Below the pieces are notes generated by a model. It made no database searches, was not told where the DNA came from, and saw only the letters and a program-made list of their open reading frames with translations. A DNA stretch of 64,000 nucleotides from a virus: positions 96,001 to 160,000 of IMG/VR virus record IMGVR_UViG_3300039183_000005. The stretch is one strand, 5' to 3'. The position numbers and the translations under genes are program-made. Below, piece after piece: positions 30,306 to 39,567 of this stretch. How positions within the stretch are numbered: position 1 is the first letter of the stretch; each line of letters opens with the position of its first letter.

Positions 30306-30661
30306 GATGTTCCAGCTCCGCGCGCACTGCCGTTTTTTTTGTATTTCTATTATTAAACTCTTATCTATTGGAATTTTCAATTCGAAACATCATATCAAGT
30401 TACTTCGAATCTAATTATCAAGTTCTTGTTAACTAGAAAGTAAATCATAATATATGTCATGCAAGACAAGGAAATGTATAGGGTGTTACAATATTCCAGT
30501 ACATCTTCACAGAGATTAACCAATCTTTCAATTAAGCATTTTATTGCGTGGACAATTATGTCCTTGAAAAGTTATTAAACTTCATAAGTATAGAGAGTTC
30601 ATTTTTGGCAAAAGCGCTTGAAGAATTTTGAAAAATTTTTAAAAAAGTTAATTGTTACAAT

Positions 30662-31168
30662 CTAGTCTTTATTTTGTCGAGTTACAACGTTTTTCAAAAG
30701 AGTGCGCAATACATTTTTATTAGCATTCCCGTCATCTAAATTCATGTTATCTATGATAAGCTTGCCGTTTAAATGATCGATTTCATGCTGCCAAATTCTA
30801 GTTGTAATTGCGTCTCCTATAAATTTTAGTGGCCTACCATTAATGCCGGTTCCGTCAAGTATTGACGATGTTGCTCTTTGTATTGTCACATTAACTCCTG
30901 GTATTGATAGACACCCTTCTCTGGACTCAATTTTGCCACTAATACAACTAAGTACTGGATTCCATATTGCTTGATCTTGTTCGTTTTGCTTCCAAACGAA
31001 CATGCGGATATTCAATCCGACTTGTGTCGCAGCAAGTCCTGCCCCATGGTTTTTTCTCATGATTTTCCACATTTTTGATACAAGTCTAGCTCTATCTTTT
31101 GGGGATTCCGTTGGTGCTTCAATACATTTGACCAACAATTTTGGGTTTGGATAATATATTAATCGCAT
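30662..31168 (-). CDS. def: Peptide deformylase
   Basis: GAGLAATQVG, EGCLS, QHEIDHLNG. Confidence 0.95.
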   Translation of the reverse strand: MRLIYYPNPKLLVKCIEAPTESPKDRARLVSKMWKIMRKNHGAGLAATQVGLNIRMFVWKQNEQDQAIWNPVLSCISGKIESREGCLSIPGVNVTIQRATSSILDGTGINGRPLKFIGDAITTRIWQHEIDHLNGKLIIDNMNLDDGNANKNVLRTLLKNVVTRQNKD

Positions 31169-31413
31169 TGCGATTCCTCCAACAAGTGATGATCGAATAC
31201 TGTGGTTGGGTCTGCCGACGAAGAAAAGTCATACCAATTAATTGCGTCTCGATATCGTGATAACCAATTGTTGAATTCTTCATCACTCACTTTTGTGTCT
31301 GGCAATTCTAATTTTTTGATTGGACCGAAATTTTGCAGTCTAAATGAATCTGGAATTTCTCCACGGCAAACTTCGACAGTGATTCCGTTTACATTATATC
31401 TTAGTATTGTCAT
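31159..31413 (-). CDS. Hypothetical protein
   Basis: Start moved to ATG 31413. Confidence 0.5.
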   Translation of the reverse strand: MTILRYNVNGITVEVCRGEIPDSFRLQNFGPIKKLELPDTKVSDEEFNNWLSRYRDAINWYDFSSSADPTTVFDHHLLEESQCD

Positions 31414-31564
31414 TTCTTTTCTTCTTTGCAAGTAAAGTTCCTGCAATTCTTTTGGCAGCACTACCAATTAACGCTGGATAAATTGGTCCATGAACGCGAA
31501 TTGTTTCTTTTAATGCTCCGACTATAATTTTATGTATTTTTTGTTTTTCTTTTTGTTGTTTCAC
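31394..31564 (-). CDS. Small basic hypothetical protein (56 aa; missed by ORF track)
   Basis: GTG start after GGAG; ...IVGALKETIRVHGPIYPALIGSAAKRIAG...; fills the gap between ORFs. Confidence 0.55.
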   Translation of the reverse strand: MKQQKEKQKIHKIIVGALKETIRVHGPIYPALIGSAAKRIAGTLLAKKKRNDNTKI

Positions 31565-31582
31565 GCGAATATACTCCAGCGA

Positions 31583-31888
31583 TTAACCCCAGGTTTTATG
31601 TTTTTCTGCAACCCATTCTATTCCGTCGTATTCTTCTATAGTGTATTCTATATCATCTGGGATTTCTATAATTTGTAGGTTGGCATGTGGACCGTTTGCT
31701 TCTGCGCCGAGTTGTTTAACACATTCTATTAATTTTGGATCATTACGAGATAACTCGTCACCGTGACCATATCCATCCCATTCGAGACCCATGAATTTCA
31801 TACCTTTTTCACTAACACCAAATCCACCATAACATTTATTAATTACAATTTCCACTTTATATACCTCCAAGAAAAAAAACACACACAA
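31583..31888 (-). CDS. Conserved phage hypothetical protein
   Basis: IVINKCYGGFGVS...RNDP.LI..V..LG..ANG..A.L.I.EIP...EYDG.EWVAE. Confidence 0.75.
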   Translation of the reverse strand: MCVFFFLEVYKVEIVINKCYGGFGVSEKGMKFMGLEWDGYGHGDELSRNDPKLIECVKQLGAEANGPHANLQIIEIPDDIEYTIEEYDGIEWVAEKHKTWG

Positions 31889-31932
31889 TAAACTGGTATA
31901 AGTCTGTAAACGTAAAATCCACAGCGCAAAGT

Positions 31933-32154
31933 CTAATGAAACAACCCGAGAGCATTACGAACATTGGTCTTGACTTCTTGTTTACCAATTTCTCTACCAT
32001 ATCTATAAGCAACCAGAACTAATCTTCGTTCTCTGGAATCTAGCTTGAATGTTTTTTCACATTTGTTACACCATAATGTTCGTAAATCATTTATGGTCGG
32101 ATCAAAGAAAACACGATGTCCACATGGACCTGTTACATAGGTTCTATTAGACAT
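31933..32154 (-). CDS. Small zinc-ribbon protein
   Basis: PCGH...CNKC. Confidence 0.5.
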   Translation of the reverse strand: MSNRTYVTGPCGHRVFFDPTINDLRTLWCNKCEKTFKLDSRERRLVLVAYRYGREIGKQEVKTNVRNALGLFH

Positions 32155-32163
32155 AAATTTTTC

Positions 32164-32514
32164 CTAGAATGCGTGTATTTGTTTATCCCATCCCGAGTAT
32201 AAAACATTTACATTGTATTGTTTGAGTAATTTTTGACATTCAGCGCATGGCTTTGCCATTGATAGTCCATGTTTAGTTATCCTTATGATAAGTATGGTTA
32301 TATTCTTGAATCTATTGAATGCCTTTAGCTTGTGTAATTTATACAAAAGAACTTCTTCTGCATGTTGTGTAAATTTTCCTTCATGTTTATTGAATCGCCT
32401 ATTATGTGCTGTGGCTATAATTTCGCCAGAACCAGAAAAAGCTATTGCCGCTACTTTAGCTCGTTTTACATTACTATATTTAGCCGTCTTGATTGCTATT
32501 TCTGATATAGACAT
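32164..32514 (-). CDS. Zinc-dependent cytidine/CMP deaminase-like protein
   Basis: HAEE and KPCAEC motifs. Confidence 0.78.
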   Translation of the reverse strand: MSISEIAIKTAKYSNVKRAKVAAIAFSGSGEIIATAHNRRFNKHEGKFTQHAEEVLLYKLHKLKAFNRFKNITILIIRITKHGLSMAKPCAECQKLLKQYNVNVLYSGWDKQIHAF

Positions 32515-32536
32515 TATTTATATATCCTGGTTGTGG

Positions 32537-32815
32537 TTATATATTCTGTTTTGAAGCCATTGCGAATCCAATAATAAATCCATTAACTTCTTCTAGATTT
32601 TCGAATATTTTTATAGGACATTTTTTTTGTGTACAATCTTGATGGTGTTCGCGTAGTTTGTCTGTTATTGCTTTTATTGTACCATATTTTCTTGGCCCAA
32701 CAGCAAAGTATTTATAGTTATCAATTGGTGATTCGATAGTGGTTAATGTTAATTTTAATTTTGTTGCTGTTCGTCGTAGTGATTCGTATTTGTAAACAAT
32801 ATTTGCGTTGGTCAT
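32537..32815 (-). CDS. Hypothetical protein
   Basis: Packed ORF. Confidence 0.5.
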   Translation of the reverse strand: MTNANIVYKYESLRRTATKLKLTLTTIESPIDNYKYFAVGPRKYGTIKAITDKLREHHQDCTQKKCPIKIFENLEEVNGFIIGFAMASKQNI

Positions 32816-32826
32816 ATCAAATTCCC

Positions 32827-33015
32827 TTATAATTTGAATGTTTTCCCTATAGATGGATGCCTTTTGACTTCAAATATTATTGTTGCACGTAAGTCTGCCT
32901 CTAATTTATCTAATGCTTCTTTTGACACTCTTGTGATTGGCATTCCTGGCCTCAAACTACGAAATTTTGCAAGAATGAATTTTTTTGTTGCTGATTGGTT
33001 TAGTATACTAGTCAT
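32827..33015 (-). CDS. Small histone-fold-like protein (62 aa)
   Basis: MTSILNQSATKKFI...RVSKEALDKLEADLRATIIFEVKR...GKT: histone alpha1 / RVS loop / long alpha2 / KT pattern; TAATG-coupled start at 33015. Confidence 0.6.
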   Translation of the reverse strand: MTSILNQSATKKFILAKFRSLRPGMPITRVSKEALDKLEADLRATIIFEVKRHPSIGKTFKL

Positions 33016-33353
33016 TATTGTTTCCTTAATTGTTCTTCTATAAATTGTTCTATTTTTGATTGTTGATCTGGCCACTCTGGATAATCTAATAAAAATCTAT
33101 TACATTTTACGCACCTACATTCAAACGGTGATAGCCAGTTATCAAATTGCTGCCAAACTTCATGCCAATTTATAATTACACCACGCTCATACAATAATGC
33201 TTCTATTTTCTTTTGTTGTAATTCCCATGGAGGATCATATAGGAGTTTTTCCTGTCCACATGATTTGCAAGTAGGTGGACTTTTAGTTATATTATAAGAC
33301 CAATCTTCAAATTCTTCCCAGAGTCTTTTCCAGTTTATTTTTTGTTTATCCAT
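33015..33353 (-). CDS. Hypothetical protein made of two tandem W/CxxC repeats
   Basis: INW..W..F..W...CxxC...W..QQ.KIE twice. Confidence 0.65.
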   Translation of the reverse strand: MDKQKINWKRLWEEFEDWSYNITKSPPTCKSCGQEKLLYDPPWELQQKKIEALLYERGVIINWHEVWQQFDNWLSPFECRCVKCNRFLLDYPEWPDQQSKIEQFIEEQLRKQ

Positions 33354-33559
33354 TATCTTCCTCCAAGTTGACGATTTCTTGTTTCAATGGTCCTTCTTTG
33401 TCGATATTCCGGTTTATCTCTTTGTAACGTTTGTTCACCAAGAGCATGTTCTACTTCGGATATAAAATGGGCACATTCTGTCCCCTGAAATCCTTCTCCA
33501 TCTATAGAACAATTTCCATTAGCGTCTATGTCTATTACGATTTGTTTTTGCCCTCGCAT
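33353..33559 (-). CDS. DUF2997-family protein
   Basis: I.I.ID..G...I...GF.G..C......E.ALG......KPEY. Confidence 0.75.
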   Translation of the reverse strand: MRGQKQIVIDIDANGNCSIDGEGFQGTECAHFISEVEHALGEQTLQRDKPEYRQRRTIETRNRQLGGR

Positions 33560-33882
33560 TATTTCTTCTCCGCTTCATACATCAGTTCTTCGAAGTATGC
33601 ATTACTTTCTGATTCAGTTAGGCGACTTCTTAGTTTTTTCTTTCGTTTTTCGGCTAGCGCTAAAGCATCGCTTGCATCACACAAACAATCAATTGCCGAT
33701 TTAAAACGACCTAAGTCTGTTTGTATTTGTTCTATAGTCATTATACGCCTAGGGCTCTTTCTAGTTATAATTTCTGTTTCTGTGTAAATTGAAATACTGA
33801 CATCTGATTCTCCCATAATTTCTTCTAGCTCGCACAATCCATTAGTACGTATATAAGAATCATCTTTTAGTCTAATTTTCAT
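33559..33882 (-). CDS. Hypothetical protein
   Basis: Coupled ORF. Confidence 0.5.
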   Translation of the reverse strand: MKIRLKDDSYIRTNGLCELEEIMGESDVSISIYTETEIITRKSPRRIMTIEQIQTDLGRFKSAIDCLCDASDALALAEKRKKKLRSRLTESESNAYFEELMYEAEKK

Positions 33883-34123
33883 AATATTGGTTTCCTGGAG
33901 AAAATTTTTCTATTTCCCATTCTATCGCATTCTCTCTGTTTTTGTTCGTATACAATACTTTCCCGTCAAGTGATGTAACTTGCCATTTTTGCAATTTCTC
34001 GCAGAACTCCACGTTGGATGCCTTGCGCACATTTTGAACGCGCCCGATGGCAAACAGGTCGATTTTGTCAGTGTATAATCCATGAACATTTCCTTTATCA
34101 CAAATTTCTAGAACTATTTTCAT
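33872..34123 (-). CDS. Conserved small protein (LY...IDL..IG...RKASNVE...W family)
   Basis: Motif recalled from partners of DUF1257/DUF2997/AAA clusters; not verified by search. Confidence 0.6.
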   Translation of the reverse strand: MKIVLEICDKGNVHGLYTDKIDLFAIGRVQNVRKASNVEFCEKLQKWQVTSLDGKVLYTNKNRENAIEWEIEKFSPGNQYYEN

Positions 34124-34446
34124 AAATCATCCTTTTTTATATCATATTGTTTCATCAATTTTTCAGTACCACGGATGATATCAAATAAAAGTTCAATTGC
34201 CAATTTTTCTGCATTAATCATAGCGCACTTTCGAGTTGGTTTGTAGTCGCCCCTTCTTTCGAATAATGTTGTGCCATTTTGTTGCTGAAATCTAACAGTA
34301 CCAAAGTAGCGTATTCCACTATAGTCTGGTGGCCATCCAAAGTTACAAATTAAGCGGATGTTATGCCATTTCGCTTCATGTAGGAATGAACTTTCAGTCT
34401 TATGCCATTTTTCAGTTAACTGTATTTTCATTTTTTGTTTCAACAA
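34120..34446 (-). CDS. Hypothetical protein
   Basis: Coupled ORF. Confidence 0.5.
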   Translation of the reverse strand: MLKQKMKIQLTEKWHKTESSFLHEAKWHNIRLICNFGWPPDYSGIRYFGTVRFQQQNGTTLFERRGDYKPTRKCAMINAEKLAIELLFDIIRGTEKLMKQYDIKKDDL

Positions 34447-34497
34447 AATTAGGATATTGATGTAAGATTACTTTTTTGTTCATATTACACCCAATAT

Positions 34498-34761
34498 TTA
34501 CGCAACGTTCATGTTCCTAGAATTTAATAATGCTTGCAAATATAATTCTGTAGGATTTTTCCCAAATTGTGATTCTAGTTCGTCTGCTATTTCCGTCAAT
34601 GAAAAACAAATTGTTTTATCGTTGCAACACTTACACTTATTACCAAGTGTTTGTGCTTCTCTGCAAATGTGTGGACGACCTTCATTTCGCTTACATTTCG
34701 TACATTTATACATATTATTTTCTCCTTGGTAATGTTTCGTCCATAGATAATGGACTAACAA
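34498..34761 (-). CDS. Small Cys-rich hypothetical protein (true start probably MYKCTKC)
   Basis: CxxC...HxC...CxCC. Confidence 0.5.
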   Translation of the reverse strand: MLVHYLWTKHYQGENNMYKCTKCKRNEGRPHICREAQTLGNKCKCCNDKTICFSLTEIADELESQFGKNPTELYLQALLNSRNMNVA

Positions 34762-35746
34762 TTATACATGATACTTTTTCTCTTAACTGAGCAATATTTT
34801 CAGAACCCCCCATTGCTAACCCAGACTTTATTCCATTAGCACATTCAGATATCATATATTCTGTTGATCCTTTATCGTCAACTTCCATGGAGATTCCTTC
34901 TGGTGCTATATCTGGTCGTTCTGATGCCATTCTAGAACTCATTCCTCGATAGATTCTGTTACCATTTATTTTTGGTGTATCACTTGTACCTGCCAACATG
35001 TAACCAATCATGCAGGCATCAGCACCACCCCACAAACTTTTGACCATATCTCCAGAACTTCTAATTCCGCCATCTGCTATAATTGCTACATCTGGATATT
35101 CTTCTTTAACGCAAGAGGCACAGTCAAGTATGGCTGACATTTGGGGGCAGCCGAAGCCAGTTATTATCCTTGTGGTGCAGGCAGCTCCAGGGCCGATGCC
35201 GACCTTGATAGCATCAACGCCGCAAGACGCAAAAGTGAAGGCAGCTTTTGGTGTACACACATTCCCAGCCATTAAAACAAACTTATATTGATCCTTAAGG
35301 CTTACAACTCTACTTATTGCATCATACATCTTCGCATGATCACCATGCGCAACATCAATGCAAATTACATTACACCCATTATCTAATAAAGTTTTTGCCT
35401 TTTTAAGTGTATTTCCGCGAATACCGATGGCACATCCTATATTTTTTGCTCCCATAGCAATGGCCAGCTTGATTTCATCGACCTGTTTTACCAACTCTTT
35501 GTCGTCCGGCATATTGATATAACGAGTTAAAATACCTAGACCGCTACATCTGTCCATGGTTGCTAACATTTCGTGTCCAGTTATTGTATCCATTGGAGCA
35601 GAAATTATAGGTACTTTAAGTTTTAAAAACCCAATTTGAGTAGATATGTCTGGGATTGTTCTTGATGATAGTGTTGAATATTGTGGTACAAGTAGAATAT
35701 CGTTAAAGCATATTTTTTGATTTTGTTTGTATTCGTATGTCCACAT
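34715..35746 (-). CDS. IMP dehydrogenase / GMP reductase (CBS-less)
   Basis: FNDILLVPQ, SAPMDT, IDVAHG, AGNV, KVGIGPGAACTTR, IADGGI, YRGMSS, PEG. Confidence 0.9.
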   Translation of the reverse strand: MWTYEYKQNQKICFNDILLVPQYSTLSSRTIPDISTQIGFLKLKVPIISAPMDTITGHEMLATMDRCSGLGILTRYINMPDDKELVKQVDEIKLAIAMGAKNIGCAIGIRGNTLKKAKTLLDNGCNVICIDVAHGDHAKMYDAISRVVSLKDQYKFVLMAGNVCTPKAAFTFASCGVDAIKVGIGPGAACTTRIITGFGCPQMSAILDCASCVKEEYPDVAIIADGGIRSSGDMVKSLWGGADACMIGYMLAGTSDTPKINGNRIYRGMSSRMASERPDIAPEGISMEVDDKGSTEYMISECANGIKSGLAMGGSENIAQLREKVSCIIVSPLSMDETLPRRK

Positions 35747-35755
35747 AATATTTTC

Positions 35756-36187
35756 CTATTTACTAAGCATTTCTATACATTCTGTACAAGTTGGTTGACG
35801 GAACTCAAGGCCCAACGGTAACGTTATCCAATGGTTACATTTAGTTTTTACATGATCTCTATATCTAATTGATTTGCCAGCACACGCACACCAACCATCG
35901 TTGTGTTGTACACAGGCGATACATTCTGATATTTTTTGTTTATTAAGAAAGATGTTATGTAAAGATTTGGCAGATTCTAACGCTGCTGACAAATCGTTAA
36001 ATATTTTTTTATCCAATGAATTAATGACATCTTCTCTTCCACAGATTTCCCAACCAAAGTCAGTCTTACGGATAAAAGTACCAAGTCCGTCATGTATATG
36101 AATAGACCTATTTTGTTCTAGTAATTCAATAAGCCAATTTGGATCATGTTGTATTACTGATTTTTTATTTAATTTTGATTTATTCAT
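35756..36187 (-). CDS. Hypothetical protein
   Basis: Packed ORF with C-terminal Cys cluster. Confidence 0.5.
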   Translation of the reverse strand: MNKSKLNKKSVIQHDPNWLIELLEQNRSIHIHDGLGTFIRKTDFGWEICGREDVINSLDKKIFNDLSAALESAKSLHNIFLNKQKISECIACVQHNDGWCACAGKSIRYRDHVKTKCNHWITLPLGLEFRQPTCTECIEMLSK

Positions 36188-36704
36188 TGTGCTGAATTTC
36201 CTTTGTCAATAGTACTCTGACTTTATTTAATTCATCTTCAGTGTGAATAGTGCCGCCGGAATTGATATCCAAATACCATTGAAGTACTTCTCTACGAGTT
36301 TTTAGATTGTTTACATGAAAACACAAATGGACATCAAACGGTTTGTCTACAAAATCAGAAATATATAGTCCACGAAAAACTGGAACTTTACCAGCCATAA
36401 AATCCAAACAAGCAGTGAGACGTTGTTTTCCAACTACAAGTTCAAATGGTCCGTCGTATGAACCTTGCCATCCTGGGCAATTAAAGTAAAAATCTTTAGA
36501 TGAATTTCCACCACTTAGAATAAATTCAATATAACGAGATTGTTGCTTTGGAGTCCATACATGGATTCTTTGAAAATCTGGCTCTAAATTCAGTGGACAT
36601 AAGTGTTCTTCTTGATACTTTTTTATGGTTGATGGTAACGTATGAAGAAAGTGATGAACCGAATATACCGGTTGACTTATTTGTGGAATATCAGCAAATT
36701 TCAT
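36180..36704 (-). CDS. DUF262 (ParB/GmrSD N-terminal-like) protein
   Basis: PDFQR..VWT..QQ..YIE, VVGKQRLTA (DGxQR variant), IN.GGT. Confidence 0.75.
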   Translation of the reverse strand: MKFADIPQISQPVYSVHHFLHTLPSTIKKYQEEHLCPLNLEPDFQRIHVWTPKQQSRYIEFILSGGNSSKDFYFNCPGWQGSYDGPFELVVGKQRLTACLDFMAGKVPVFRGLYISDFVDKPFDVHLCFHVNNLKTRREVLQWYLDINSGGTIHTEDELNKVRVLLTKEIQHNE

Positions 36705-36713
36705 TGATATCTC

Positions 36714-37091
36714 CTATAATTCTATTCGTCTTACCAACGAATGCCTTCTTTTTTCTGTTGGTTTTGTTACTGGCTTTGGCTTCTTGATCCTGACCTGACT
36801 GATTTGTCCGTCACCATTGGATGCAGTCACAGCACCACACATAATAAAAAACTGAGATGGACTAATTAAATCGATACCCATAGAGCGTGCTTTTTCGGCT
36901 TTGATAGATTTACTGTTTGCATCAGCAATTACTAGAATGGTAGTTCTGCTTGTGACAGAATTGGTTACATCTGCGCCAGCGTTTAGTGCGATTGCTTGCA
37001 TTTCCGAACGCGGTTTTGGAGATTTACCGGTGAAACAGAAAACCGCTTCTTTCAAGCAACCTGTGTCTTCGTTGATAAATTTTAAAGCCAT
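36714..37091 (-). CDS. Stand-alone BRCT domain protein
   Basis: FCFTG...R.E.....GA.V..SV...T..LV....K..KA...GI..I...F. Confidence 0.8.
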   Translation of the reverse strand: MALKFINEDTGCLKEAVFCFTGKSPKPRSEMQAIALNAGADVTNSVTSRTTILVIADANSKSIKAEKARSMGIDLISPSQFFIMCGAVTASNGDGQISQVRIKKPKPVTKPTEKRRHSLVRRIEL

Positions 37092-37504
37092 TACCTATAT
37101 CCGGTTACAATCACTCTTTGGTGACCATTTGGGCAACGTTCCCTGGTAACACTCCGACCACGAGATTCTTGCTCTCTTCGAATTCTATGGTAGGCATAGT
37201 TTCCAGTTAGACTACCTATCCATTTTTTCCCATATCGCCCTGAATCGTATTCAGAAATTATTGCTTCGTATTTACCATCTTCTCGTTTTACAAAACCAAT
37301 ATCATTAGATGCGGAACCAACGTGTTTGCGCCTAATTATAATATGGGCCTTTTGTTCTCGTTGATCACCATGGTATCCGAATAGATGTTGAGGAACTTCG
37401 TGGATTTCTATTTGACCAGTAGTCCATTTCCCCGTTTCAACGAGTGCGTCAATAAGTGAGTCTTGATCTTTGAATTCGGTTTGTACTTCACAATATCTGC
37501 TCAT
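37091..37504 (-). CDS. DUF1257 (Ycf35-like) protein
   Basis: MS.Y....T...D...L..AL, L.GY.GD.R...A.I.I, DIGF....DG.Y.AII..YD, Y. Confidence 0.78.
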   Translation of the reverse strand: MSRYCEVQTEFKDQDSLIDALVETGKWTTGQIEIHEVPQHLFGYHGDQREQKAHIIIRRKHVGSASNDIGFVKREDGKYEAIISEYDSGRYGKKWIGSLTGNYAYHRIRREQESRGRSVTRERCPNGHQRVIVTGYR

Positions 37505-37508
37505 ACTT

Positions 37509-37697
37509 TTAATCCTTATCAAAATCTATTAGAAAGTCAAAAAATTCACCATTTTCAGAGATCATTTCTGCTCTACCACAGGGATGTAAACGATTGAATA
37601 ACTGGTCTGACAATGTTGCTATGACAAAGATTGCTTCTTTTTCTGTGAAAAAAAATCTAGTGGTTTCCGATATTCCTTTTCTATTCTCTACTTTCAT
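37509..37697 (-). CDS. Hypothetical protein
   Basis: Coupled ORF. Confidence 0.45.
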   Translation of the reverse strand: MKVENRKGISETTRFFFTEKEAIFVIATLSDQLFNRLHPCGRAEMISENGEFFDFLIDFDKD

Positions 37698-38524
37698 TAC
37701 AGTTTCCCCAGAGATTTTAGTAATCGTGCCCTCGCGAATGCATTCAGAGGTGGAGTTACCATCTCACTTTGGTGGACACAATTTATTTCACCACATTTGT
37801 TGCAGCAATACGGTTGGTCACCATCAAGGCTACGACACCATGCTTCTGGATCATCACCGCAAGGAATAAACTCCTCATCATTACAGCAACAGAGTTCAGA
37901 TAATTCTTCACATTTTGGACACATTTCTTCTAGACATTCATCGCAGAATTTTGATTCGGAAGCCCTGTCGTTTGTGCCACACATATCGCACCCAGCATTA
38001 TTATTGTTTTCGTTTTCATAATCGTTTTCTATAATTTTAACTGGCTTAAGTGCTACGGCGAATCTTGGAATATCTTTAGTTGGATCGAATGATTTATGTA
38101 AGCGAGCTAGTTCGCGAGCAACACCACCTAAAAGGCCAGTATCGAAATTAGTGAATAGTTTACCGCCAAGTTCAATTTCATTTCCGTATCCAGTATATTA
38201 GCCTGTCGTATAAGCCACGCCATCATGATAACAACCACCCAAAATTACTTGTTTATCAACATTATGTGGTTCTGAAATGGGTATCACCGAGTCGATAGTC
38301 AAATCTTTTATAGCTCCACTCCAATTACAGTCTTTGGGTCTTACGCGAGTCAAACGACTCGCTGGAAGTTCACTGTGATTTATGTCGATGGTATTACCGG
38401 TTTTTTCCCAATACATCAATTTGTAATGTCTTCTGGTTTGTTCGTAATCTATTCCTGTTATTAGACAGACAACTTCATTATCATCGAATTTAGCTATAGC
38501 CAAGTCACCAATTCTAACTTTCAT
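37697..38524 (-). pseudogene. Probable single 275-codon gene interrupted by an in-frame TAA at 38198-38200
   Basis: ORFs 38198..38524 and 37697..37984 share a frame; the 71 codons between them are open and lack a start codon. Confidence 0.6.
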
Positions 38525-38539
38525 ACTCTGTCTCCAGTT

Positions 38540-39550
38540 TTACAAAATAACTCGCCTTTTAAGTTCACCAATGAATCCACGACAATCCTGTCCTTCAGCA
38601 GCAGCTTTATTGCGAATTGCTTCAAGAGATTTACTGATACTATCTTTTACGGTAGCGGATTCAAAGTCTTTTGGTGTGACACCAGAATCCAAAAATGTAT
38701 TTCGGAAGTCTACCAGCATTTTTTCAATTTCGCCGTCGCCGAAGATGTTCATAGACCTAAAGCGGTCTACATATTTCCGGAAGCACGAGATTGATTTCGG
38801 AGTTAGTTTCTTTGCATCGCTTTCATCTCCATATGGTTTACCGCTTATGCGTGCCGTCATAAGTTTACAAAATCGAATAGTTTCGTTACGCATAGAAGTC
38901 ACGTACTCGCTTACGAAGTTGCCCACTTCGGTTTGCATTTGACGACGCAGCTCATTCTCTTTCTCGTCTTGCACTTTTTGTCGAGCAATTACTTCTTCAA
39001 CACTGGTTTCTTCTATCGATCCTATACCAGCAATTTTAAACGTAAACCAATCGAATTGAAATTTTGCCCGCAGGGCTTGTGGATTTGCCGGATAATGACC
39101 CCTTAGACACTTGTTCCAAAAATCTGGATGTGTTTCTCTTACTGTACGAACAAGATCATCGAAACGAGAAATGAAACTATCTACTCGTTCAAAAAATTCT
39201 TCTTTTAAATCTTTAATTTGTTGTTCCACTGTTGGGAGCATTTTTGCTGGAACAAAATGGGAGCTACTGATACCGAATGGCACAGACCACCTTTCCAGTG
39301 CTTTTCGAGCACGCTGTTCGATTTGGGTTAAATGTTGTAATTCAGATTTTGGCACCATTAATTTGCGACCAAGATTGCATATTTCTTCTGGAAGTTTGTC
39401 TGGGTCGTATCCTATCTTTACTAAATCTGCGCGAGTAATCATTTTTCGCGCGCTCCACATACGAACTCTAAGGTTCACCAGTAATCCAACATCAAATAAG
39501 TTTATGGCATCTTGCTTTGTGTCTTTGTTTTCGGTTACAATTGTACTCAT
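38540..39550 (-). CDS. DUF3150-like protein
   Basis: W..RK...LG.K....R..L...SVPF...FVP...Y P...KF.F pattern; adjacent to the AAA ATPase. Confidence 0.6.
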   Translation of the reverse strand: MSTIVTENKDTKQDAINLFDVGLLVNLRVRMWSARKMITRADLVKIGYDPDKLPEEICNLGRKLMVPKSELQHLTQIEQRARKALERWSVPFGISSSHFVPAKMLPTVEQQIKDLKEEFFERVDSFISRFDDLVRTVRETHPDFWNKCLRGHYPANPQALRAKFQFDWFTFKIAGIGSIEETSVEEVIARQKVQDEKENELRRQMQTEVGNFVSEYVTSMRNETIRFCKLMTARISGKPYGDESDAKKLTPKSISCFRKYVDRFRSMNIFGDGEIEKMLVDFRNTFLDSGVTPKDFESATVKDSISKSLEAIRNKAAAEGQDCRGFIGELKRRVIL

Positions 39551-39567
39551 GTTCTCATCTTCCTTTC

